Assembly (NCBI GenBank): GCA_025594325.1
Contig: JANHCV010000010.1
Span: 124,001-188,000 of the forward strand
Direction of reading: 5' to 3'
Source of the DNA: Blastocladiella emersonii ATCC 22665
Taxonomy: Eukaryota > Fungi > Blastocladiomycota
Length of the DNA stretch: 64,000 nucleotides
A model generated the notes under the pieces. The model was not told where the DNA came from. It searched no databases and saw only the letters and a list, made by a program, of their open reading frames with translations. Position numbers and translations under genes: made by a program. Shown here one piece after another: positions 34,457 through 44,327 of the stretch; the first letter of the stretch is position 1, and every line of letters starts with the position of its first letter.

Positions 34457-35210
34457 ATGGCATCCTGGGCGCGCAACTTTGGCCAGAAGCTCGGCTCCAA
34501 GGAGTTCCGCAACTACCTCATGAGGTGCGCGTGTACCGTGCTCGTGTGAGGGCGACCGGAAGGCTAACGCGTTGGTGTACCGTGTAGCACCGTATGTTGA
34601 TGATGATGGATCAATGGATGGATGGAGCTGGGAGAGATGCAGGATGTAACCTCGGACGCGCTCGCTCGTGTGTATCGCGACCATGCCCGCTGACTAGCAC
34701 TTCTGGGGCCCGGGTACGCTGCCCTGCCACCCGCGACGCGCGCACGTACGCTGACCCGACGACCATCCCGTGTAGTCGCCAACTGGGGTCTCCCGCTCGC
34801 CGCCATTGCCGACATGAAGAAGGACCCCGAGATGATCTCGGGCAAGATGACCGCCGGTGCGCGCTCTCCCCTCGTCCGCTGCCGAGCCAGCACTCACGCC
34901 ATGACCGAGTGTAGCCCTGTCCATCTACTCGCTCCTGTTCATGCGGTTCGCGTGGATGGTGACGCCGCGCAACCACCTGCTGCTCGCCGTGCACGTCGTC
35001 AACGAGACGGCCCAGCTTGGCCAGGGCTACCGCTTCGTCAACCACTGGTAGTACGTATCGCCGTGCTCGACGTGTCCTCTGGGCAGCGAGTCAAGCGGCT
35101 GACACGCGTGTGCCTCTCTGTGTAGCATGGGTGGCCGCGAGAAGGCGCTCGAGGAGGCCAAGAAGTCGGCCGCCGCCGCGCCTGCGGCCGTCCCCTCGCC
35201 GTCGGCGTAA
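34457..35210 (+). CDS. MPC1: Mitochondrial pyruvate carrier 1; exons 34457-34524, 34588-34591, 34698-34713, 34776-34856, 34915-35050, 35126-35210
   Basis: Spliced [69 protein letters not shown]; every junction GT-AG and in phase. Confidence 0.95.
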
Positions 35211-35424
35211 TCTAGTTGCACGTCGCGCCGGTCCCCTGCTTGCTGTGCTGATCGAAACGTTGGAATCGCTCTACCTTACCCCACCCTACCCCACTCTCGG
35301 GTCGCTCGTCCGCCCCCCCCCCTCCTCTCCCCATACACTCACCTGCGAAATGAACACAACACGTCCATGATTAGCCTCGCCCAGCAGCAATATCAGCTAT
35401 AAGAAAGAAGAGTAGGTCGTTGGT

Positions 35425-36583
35425 CTAGTTGGGCACCTGCGAGAAGGGGTGGCGCAGCTCGCCCGACTCGGCGAGCGGGTCCTCCTGCGCATGCATACCC
35501 TTGGTCGGGCTCGCGGGGGCCGAGGGCCGGGGCGACTCGTCGCTGTCGTCGTCGTTGTTGCGGGCGACCTGCTTGTCGAGGGCGAGGGCGGCGACGCTGG
35601 TGGACAGGGTGGAGATGATGGAGCCGCGGTGCGAGGCGAGCGAGGGCGAGGAGAGCGGGTTGACGTTGGCAATGGAGGTGAGGATCTCGTCAATGTGGTG
35701 GACGAGGATGTCGAGGGCGACCTTGTTCTCGAAGCCGCGCGGGATGATCACGTCGGCGTTGCGCTTGGTGGGCGCCACGTAGTCCTCGAAGGACGGCTTG
35801 TTGAAGCGCATCCACTGGTTCAGGACCAGGTCGAGCGGCTTCACCTGGCGGTTCTTCTGGCCCAGCGTGTCGCGCGTCACGGTCGAGCTCAGGCGCACGT
35901 CGCTGTCCACGTCCACGAACAGCCGCATGGCGATGCGCTCGCGCAGCTTCTTCTTGTACAGGACCAGGATGCCCTCGAACAGGATCACGTCGGCCTGCGG
36001 GAACGGGACCATGCCGATGCTAGGGTCGAGCGCGACGGGTGAGTTGGATCGGTGTGCGGGTGCGGGTGCGGGTGAGCAGCGCGTACCGCTCCTTCTTGAT
36101 GTAGTCAAACTTGGGCATCTCGGTCGGGCGGCCGTTGGCCACGTCGGCGAGGAAGGCCTCGAGGAGCTTCCAGTCAAACGAGTCTGTTGAGATGGGGGCG
36201 CGTGAGCGACTGGTGCGCCGCCGCGGGTGAACGAGGAGCGCGTACCAGGGTGGTCAAAGTTGTAGTCGCCGTCTAGAGCGATCGCAGCACACGTCGTCAG
36301 CAACCAAATCACTTGAGCACGAACAAAAGCGCGTACTCTCGGCCAGGGCCATCTCCTCGGCCGTCAGCGGGCGGTAAAAGTCGGTGATGGAGACAATGGC
36401 CATGCGGCGGTTCAGCTTCGGGTGCTTGACGCTCAGCTTCTCCTTGATGTAGTTGCACACGTCTTTCTGTGCGGTGGCGGCCGGTGCGTCAGGGTCTGCG
36501 CCACGTGCCGGTCAGGCCAAAAGCGTGCAAACCTTGCCCGAGGCACTGCCGCCGGCGACGCCGATGATAAAGGGGGACGGCAT
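35425..36583 (-). CDS. Uridine/cytidine kinase-family protein with substituted catalytic motifs; about four introns
   Basis: IGVAGGSASGK, YNFDHPDSFD, DVILFEGILVLY, FVDVDSDVRL, KPSFEDYVAPTKRNADVIIPRG. Confidence 0.85.
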
Positions 36584-36952
36584 GGTGGTTGATACGTTGC
36601 AGCAAGTGGGTACGCGGGTGCGGCTCGCGTCGAGGGGTGGGGGAGGAGAAGAGGGCGAGCAGGGACTGGGCAACCGGCGGTGGAGCGAGATCCGCAGGCG
36701 CACACGCGGGCGCGATGGGCGTGGCAGGTGCGGGGAAGCGCGCGGTGATTGGCCGAGCCGCGTCGGGTCCACTGGCGCGTCGCTCACGCCGTGTGGCGCC
36801 GCGCTCCCACCACCTGCCCGTTCGGGCGAGTCCCCATGGTGCGCCGTGCAACGGTCCAAGAGAAGGGAAGGGACCCCCCTCCCTCAGTGCTCTCTCTCCC
36901 TCCCCCTAAACGCAACTCTGTCCATGAAGCACGAATGAATGAGCGAGCAAGC

Positions 36953-39947
36953 ATGGACCGACGACGCTCGCTGCTGCGATCGTCGCTCGCGCCACCGCGG
37001 CCACCATGGCCCGCCCGCGCCACCCTGCTCGTCCTCGCCGCCCTGATGTGGGCCACGGCCGCCGCGAGTGCGCAGCGCTTCGGTACCGGCCCTACTCCAC
37101 CACCATCGCGCACCCGTGTCCTCATCACCATCCTTCCCAAATGAGGTAGAGTGGAACTCGACCTCGCTCCTCGCCTCGCTCGGCCTCCCCGCATCCACAA
37201 CCACGGGCCTGCCGCCGCTCTTCCTCGACGAGAACCCCATCTCGGGCGCGCCGCGCTTCCTCGTCGCCTTCCTCAACACCAACCGCACCACCGACGGCAT
37301 CCCGCGCCTCGAGATCGCGTGCCTGCGCGCCGCCTCCATCGACTGGCGCGAGTCCGTCCCCCTCGAGTCGGCCCCCGCACCACCGGGCGTCACGCCGCTC
37401 GAGTGGGGACTGGTCGGCGCAGACAACGACACGCTGGTCCTGGTCCAGGCCGTCGTCGAGACCGCGCCCGGCTTTGCGACGCCCGTCCACCGCTTCGCCA
37501 TGACCGCCATCGCGGGGCTCCGCGCGCCGACCGGCCGCGTCACGTCGCGCCTGCACGGCGAGCCGCTCAGCGCGCCCATCCACACGCCCTGGCTGCTCGG
37601 ACCCGACGCCACGGCGCTGTATGCGCTCGCCCAGGGGTTCCTCGAGTCCGGCGCGCCGTGTCTCATCCGCACCGTCTTCTCGCCCACCCCCGGCGCACCG
37701 CCCGTCCAGACGTGCATGCTCCTCACCCTGCCCAACCGCAAGGCCGCCGCCGCCGTGTACGCGCGCGACGGCGTCGTCCGCGTTCTCGTCAACGCACAGG
37801 GTCCCGCGCTCTACGACGCACCCGAGAACGGGCTGCCCTTTATTCCGGCGATGCCGAACCTCGACCCGCCGCCCGGCGAGATCCGCGCTATCACCGATCC
37901 GCGCGCCGACTGGGCGGCTGCGGACGCCGCGGGCGACCGCGCGTTTGTCGTCGCCGAGCGCGGTATCTACACGGTCGCCGGCGGGAAGCTTCTCTCGCAC
38001 ACGGCGGTCCCCGGCGCTGCCCCGCTCGGCATGGTCGGGCCCGACCTTGCTTTCTGTGGTGACGGCCGCGTGACGGTCGGCACGGCGCGGATCGCGTCGC
38101 TCGCGTGCTCGCCCGACGACCGCATCGCCCGCGACGACGCCGACCGCCTGCTTCTCGTCTCGCCCGCCGCGGGGTCCGTCCGCATCCTCCCGAAACCGTG
38201 GGACTCGGCCACCCCGCGCGAGCTGCGCCTCGCCCCGAACGTCCGCCTCGCGGCCCGCGGCAAGTACCTCGTGTCGGGCCACCGCATCGTCGCGCTCCCA
38301 GTGACCCAGGACCAGCTCGACGCGCTCCCGGCCGCTGTACCCGCGCCCGCGGCAACCGCCGTCCCGCCGCGCGACGTGCCCGACGATACCGCGCGGTCGG
38401 GCCTCTCCAGCACTTTCTGGGTGATCGCGCTCGTCACCACCGCCGCTGTCCTGCTCGTCCTCGCGTGCGGCGTGCGCCGCGGGTGGTGCTGCGCGCCCAC
38501 GGCGTACCGCAAGGCCGGCCGCCGCGGGAGCACCGCGGGGCCCGTCCTGCTGTCGCCCGTCGCGCACGGGTCCAAGGCCTCGTCTGCGTCGCTCGACGCG
38601 CATCGGCCGGCGGTCCTCGAGGAGCGCGCGGGGTCAGCGCGCCGGCCCTCGATCCCAACATCCGGGACTAACAGTAATGGGAGCGGTGGGAGCGGCGCCG
38701 GGTCCGTCCGGTCCCTCCTCGCGCTCGCGTCGCAGTCGAGCGTGTCCATCATCGCCGAGTCTGCGCGCAAGCTGTCCGAGACGTTCCTCCCACCCGCAGC
38801 CGGCGCTTCTTCATCGTCAGCGGACGCAGCCGAGGCCGGCGAGTCCCAGTCCATGCGCCGCGCACACCTGCCGTCGCGCCCGTCGCGCGTGCACCTCCTC
38901 GCGGCCGAGCTGTGCAGCAAGCCGAACCCCGTTAGCCCGACTTCCGCCAACGCGCCAAAACCCGAGCAGGTCCACACGCTCGAGTCGTTCCCGCAGTACC
39001 GCGGGCCCGGCGACACGCCCGCGACGGAGCGGTCCGCGCCCGAGTTTCCGACCGCGGCAAGGCGGCCGACCGATGGGACGCTGTACCATGGCGACGACGA
39101 CGACGAGAGCGGGAAGGCGGTGGCGGCCGAGGGGACTGCGGGCTCATCCACCGCCGTCCCCGCGTCCACGGCGCCCGCGAGCTCGGGCAGCGGCGGCGGC
39201 GGCGCCAACAACGGCGGGAGCAGCAGCGACGTGACGACGTCGTCGCACACGAACGCGAGCCGGCCAACACTCGCCGCGACCGCGGCGTCCTCGTCCGCGA
39301 CGCTCCACCACCCGCTGCACTACGCGCTGTCGTCACCGACTGCGCCGCTCCCGACTCACCGCATCCCCGCGACCCCCGGCGCCAGCTGGGCGACGTGGGG
39401 CGAGCCCAACTACGCCACGCTCTCGTACGGCACCACGAGTCCCGCCGACACGCCCGCGCCCAGCTACCCGAACACGCCCGACCGGCGGTCGCGGTCGTCG
39501 TCCATGGGCACGCTGTACCACCCCGGCGGCGCCGCGAGCCAAGGGCCCAGCCCGCCCCGGTCGCGACGGAAACGCACTATCAGCGGGTCCGGCTTGCCCA
39601 TGCTTCTCCCGCTCACCCCGCCGGTACCTACCGCGGCGGCGGGGGTGGCGAGAGCGAGAAGCCGGTCACGCAGCGGGTCAAGGACGCGGTCTCGCGCGCG
39701 GTCCATGTCGCGCGACTTGACCGAGGCTGCCGCGGCTGGTGGGATCCCGGACGACCCGCTCGCGGAACAGCTCCGGATCGATGTCGCCATGGCCAACGCC
39801 GCGTACTGGGCGCTCCAGGCCGAGGCGGGCGAGCGCCGGTCCGCCGTGGGTCCCGCGGCGGCGGCAGCGGCGGACGAGGTCGGGGTCCCGCTCGTCGTAC
39901 CGTCGCTTGCGGGGGTCGCGGGGCGCGAGCGGAGGCGCGCGGCGTGA
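36953..39947 (+). CDS. Single-pass type I membrane protein of unknown function; probable intron 37083-37149
   Basis: Hydrophobic signal (ATLLVLAALMWATAAASA); a 67-nt GTACCG...GTAG intron joins the two ORF frames; TM FWVIALVTTAAVLLVLACGV; long S/P/A-rich tail. An in-frame ATG at 36935 is an alternative start. Confidence 0.65.
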
Positions 39948-40227
39948 TGGTGGGGGAAGTGTCGTGTATCAGTGCCTGCTTGTGTAATAATACCCAAAGC
40001 GTTTTGTTCCCCTGACGTGCTATGCTTGTCGGTGCGGTGCGCGACGCAGTGCATGAGACGCGTCGATCTATCGTGTGATGATGTGGTTTCCTGCACGACG
40101 ACCCAGGGGCATCTGTGAGTAGGCGCGCGCCCTACAGCATTCCATGCCCCCAAGCACCTCACTAGGATCGATTTGCCTAAACCTAAATTGCCGGCCGTGC
40201 AGCGCTTCATGTTGATGCTGCGACGAT

Positions 40228-40265
40228 AGCGGGATTGTCTAAAGCGGGATTGTCTATAGCGGGAT
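40228..40265 (+). repeat. 15-bp tandem repeat (AGCGGGATTGTCTAW), 2.5 copies
   Basis: agcgggattgtctaa agcgggattgtctat agcgggat. Confidence 0.85.
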
Positions 40266-40550
40266 AGAGGCTTTCCGTGATCTTACGCCGATTTCGCAAA
40301 GGGGAGTCGATTCTATGCGGCCGTGTCCGCGTGGAGAGAATTTGATCTCGAAGGTGGCCCTACTCAGCTCGCTCTCGGCTGCGTTGGCCGCGAGAGCTTT
40401 TGAGAGACGCGTCGATCAATCATGTGACGGGCGGCTGACCGTGAGCCAGCCGAAGAGCAGGCGTTGCGCGCGCTCCAGTCACCGCCACCAGTCCTCTCAA
40501 CCCATGGAACCGCTAGAAACCCACAGGGTGCAACGTAAACTTCATGCAAA

Positions 40551-41500
40551 ATGCTCCGGGCTATTCATGTTCCCGAGGGTCTCGAACGGATTCTTGTTTT
40601 TTGCGATTCTCGGACATGAGCCGACCGACGCCACTGGTCCGCTCGAGTACGCCCGGGTCTTGCCGCATACCCTTGCCCCGCGCGTCGAGAAACCGCTGCT
40701 TGGCCACGCTTTAACCCTTTCACTGGACTCGGCAACTGCACGCGGCGACGTGATCGTGCTCAACAGGTGGGCTTCCCTCGAGATACCGCTCACCTGCTCG
40801 CACGATGCCCTCGGTGCCGCGATCGATGCGCGCCACCTCGAAACTCTCGAGTGGTGGCGGGACCGTGGCTACGTCAATGTCAAGGAGCTCAAACCGTGGC
40901 TCGACTTGCGCGAAAAACAGCCCGACGCCCACGTTGCCCTTGGCGTCCGGCCTCCAGTGGAGCGCCTCTATGCCCATTTGGACGACGGCGGGGCGCAAGG
41001 AGCAGGAACAGACGCTGGCGTCAAGTGCATGGCTGCCGAAATCGAGGCTGGAACCGTTTGCGAAAACATCAAGTTCATCGCCGACCCGATCTCCATGGCC
41101 GGAGTGGAGGTTCTCAACGCTGCCTTGGCCAGCCCGCTCCATCGGCTCGCAGATATCGACTTCAACAGTTACACACTCGACTTGCCGCGCCTCCTCGCGC
41201 TGCGGCTTCCGCCTAATCTGTATGCGGCAACCTTTTCGAGTTACTGGCTTGGCAGTCGGTCCTCCTCGTCTCGGACTCCATTGAAACCCATGGCTTGGCC
41301 GCCACAGCTCGATTCGCTCGCCTTTTTCTCGTCCGACCTCTCCGCGGCTGCCTCCCTCGTCTTTCATAGACTTCCTGTGACTTTGAATCGCCTTGCGGCT
41401 AACCGCTGCTCGCTTGACGACCGCGCTGTGCTCAAGCTTTTCTGTTTGTGGCCGGAGCGCCGCTTGACGTGCGCTTTCAACAGTGCCCTGTTGGATCAAT
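40551..41500 (+). pseudogene. Frameshifted, truncated paralog of the 61719-63518 ankyrin-like/LRR gene
   Basis: ATG 40551 frame MLRAIHVPEGLERIL matches MFEAIHLPKVLERIL; one extra base at 40596-40602 (GTTTTTT) shifts into FFAI...LEYARVLP...ATARGD..VLNRWA...LETLEWW; homology is lost after LTCA near 41470. Confidence 0.75.
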
Positions 41501-41547
41501 CGATGATAGGATCAAGTATTATATGTATTTCTTTGCAATGTACAGTC

Positions 41548-42411
41548 TCAGATACTCGCGATGAAATCCTCAAGGGTGCGACGCTTGTACCCGGGGACGA
41601 GGTGCACGTCGGACCCGACCGTGAAGAATCCGACCCCCCACTTTTTGCGGAGCAGCGGTGCCAGCGCGAAATCGCTCGTCTTGATCTCGGCGTCGACGTC
41701 GGCCAGCGACTGCACCGTGACCGTGGGCGCGACGCCGCCGTGCTTCTTGGCGAGCGCGGCCGCGATCTGGTCGCCATTGGCCACGACCTCGCTCACGCCA
41801 ATGGCGCGGCCCGCCAGCTCGGCCGCGGGCGTCGCCGCGAACAGCGATGCGTACGCCGCGGCAATGTACGCCGTCGAGCTGAGCGCGACCGAGTGCGTGC
41901 GCGCGTCGTCGCCCACGAGGTGCAGCTTGTTGCCCTTGACGTCGATGCCGATGAACGGCGTCGCGAGGCAGTACTCGGTGAACCCGCCCGTCAGCACCAC
42001 CGCGAACGGGACCCCTGCAGCCCTGAGGGCCTCATCGACGCGCCCCTTCTCTTCGAGCAGCCCGAACGCGCGGCGCTCGTGCGGCGTGTACAGCACGGCG
42101 AGGTCCGACGGCACGAACAGCTTGACGCCGGCGGCCTTGATGGCGGGGATCAGGTCGATCTGCGCGGCGATGCCCGGCGCGCCGACCGTGGACAGCAGAA
42201 TGTCGACGCCCGCGAGCGCCTTGGTGAGGGCGGCCGTGTCGGCGAAATCGACCTCGACGGCCTCGACGTTGGCGGGCAGGCCCGAGGCGTCCGAGCCGGG
42301 GCGGTGCAGGACCTTGACCTTGGGGTGGGCGGACGACGCGGCGAGGGCCTCGACGATGGGTTTGCCGGCGAGGCCGCGGTGGCCGATGAGGGCGATGGTG
42401 TTGGCGGTCAT
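41548..42411 (-). CDS. NmrA/isoflavone-reductase-like NAD(P)-binding protein, intronless
   Basis: MTANTIALIGHRGLAGKPIVEAL Rossmann motif; ALAGVDILLSTVG, QIDLIPAIKAAGVKLFVPSD, KGRVDEAL, VLTGGFTEY. Confidence 0.9.
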   Translation of the reverse strand: MTANTIALIGHRGLAGKPIVEALAASSAHPKVKVLHRPGSDASGLPANVEAVEVDFADTAALTKALAGVDILLSTVGAPGIAAQIDLIPAIKAAGVKLFVPSDLAVLYTPHERRAFGLLEEKGRVDEALRAAGVPFAVVLTGGFTEYCLATPFIGIDVKGNKLHLVGDDARTHSVALSSTAYIAAAYASLFAATPAAELAGRAIGVSEVVANGDQIAAALAKKHGGVAPTVTVQSLADVDAEIKTSDFALAPLLRKKWGVGFFTVGSDVHLVPGYKRRTLEDFIASI

Positions 42412-42793
42412 TTTGTTGTGTGTGGGTGCCTCGGGAGGAAGGGCTTTGTTGTGAGGATCAAGGTTGGGAGAGGCGGGCGTGCCGCGCTTTTGTATAGGTT
42501 GTAGCGCGCGGCACCAGTCCGTGTGCGCGTAGCTCATGGACCATGCTGAGGTGAGGTGAGCACGCCATTTTCGAGTGCAGCACCAGAAGCGGCGGCTTTC
42601 GTGATGCTGACCTGATCGGCATTTGCGTCAGCGCGCGTGTCAGCCTCTCGCGAAGGCCGCGGGTCCCAAAATTAGTCTCAGCCACACCTGATCGCGTCAG
42701 CACGCGTTGCGCCACTCCCGCGTGCTCAAAGCGGGCACCGCGGCGAGCGAGGAGAACCCGCCGGGCTTATGTCGGACACGACCGGAGAACTAT

Positions 42794-43584
42794 TCAGAGA
42801 TGCATTCCGTGCTGAGAGAAGCCACGCGGGATCACGGTCAGCTCGACAAACACGTCGCAGCCCGTCGACGCCGTCGTCAGCTTGTACCGGTCGGCCGCCG
42901 TGTACAGCGACTCGAGGGACTTGAGGCCCGGCGTGATGCCGAGAAAGTGTGCTACACCCGCGGGTGGCAGGTCAGCTGTCCATAGGCTGAGAACATCGAA
43001 CGCGAGCAGGTGTACCCTTGAGCGAGTCCATGAACGAGCCGTGCGGCCGCCACGTCGGGCACTCGAGCTGATGTGTCCCGGGCGTCATGGGGATGCTCAC
43101 GATGCCGTATCCGACTATCGATGGTGGTGTGTTAGTCGATAGTTCGTGACCGGACGTTTCCGCGTACTGAGTTGGTATCGTCCAAACATGTCCTGGCGCA
43201 GCAGCTCGACGGCAAGCTTGGGCCAGCCCTGCACCGAGCGCGTCGCGAGATGAAGGTCTACGCTCTTCTTCTTGAGAGTGAGCGACCGATCCCGCGCGTA
43301 CGATGCGAGTCCACGCACCGATCGGGTGCGACCACACAACCCACTCGCCGTCCTGCTCGATCCCACACGCACGTCAGCCCTCGCCTTACCTGTCGGGATA
43401 GTCAATCTCGACGCACCGCGGGCAGGTCGACGTGCGTCTGTGCAGTCGAGCAGCCCTCGACCGTGTTCCACTGCGTGCCACTGACCACGGTCCACCGGCA
43501 CGCGAGGCCGGCCCCGCCAGTGAGCTGCCCAGCTTCGCGAACCTGTGCGCCCTGCAGAGTGCCGATGAGATGGAGCTCGGCCAT
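42794..43584 (-). CDS. B9D2: B9 domain protein 2 (ciliary transition zone, MKSR2); four introns
   Basis: [74 protein letters not shown].T. Confidence 0.95.
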
Positions 43585-44327
43585 GACGGTGGTGACGTCA
43601 AGTTACGTGAACCACAACGTTTTCATCGAAGACCAGCAGTGCGGCGGTGTGCCAGGGGTTGATCTGCGAGTCTCCGTGCCACGGTCACGCGAGGCGTGGG
43701 ATGCGAGGCGCGAGACGCGTCTCCCGAGATCACGCGACAATCCCGTGGTTTCGACGCGTCTCCCGATACGCGTCGCGGAAGTCGGCCCGCTGGCACGTCT
43801 CCCCGCAAGAGCTCGAGACGAGTGGCTGCATCTCGCCGCCAAGAAGGTTACCCGCCGGCTCAGCAGACCGGCCGGTCCACACAGCTTGCTCAATCGCGTG
43901 CTGCCCTCTGACGTGGCCTGTATCGTGTCTCCCGCCTCCCGCCCGACCGGCTCAGCACCAGCCCTGCTTGTTTTGTGTCGCGTGCCTGTTGGCGGCCAGA
44001 ATGATTCGGGCAGAGCCGCGAAGAGCCGTCGCCCGCCGCGAGCGCCTGCACCACCCCACCACCTCGTGTGGCGGACGAGGCCGCGCGCTGAGCTCTCCGT
44101 GCTCTCACCTCGCTCGCCACTGTTCACCATCCTCTGAACGACCTGTCTCCGCTGGCCGCCGATCCCTCGCTGCCGATTCCCCTAGACCTAGCGCACGCGC
44201 GCCGCGATCCAGTATCACGAAACTGCGCGAGCATCCGACACGGCGAGACTATACCCACCTCCGCTCCATCCCCACCCACTCATAGACCGTCCTCCAATCA
44301 TCTCGTACCCCCTCGCGCCAACCGATC

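Noticed and set aside
37130-37150. Apparent frameshift in the membrane protein gene
   Set aside because: A 67-nt GT-AG intron of typical size resolves the frames
40315-42504. 729-aa plus-strand ORF
   Set aside because: Chimera of the pseudogene frame and the antisense of the NmrA gene; not one coherent protein
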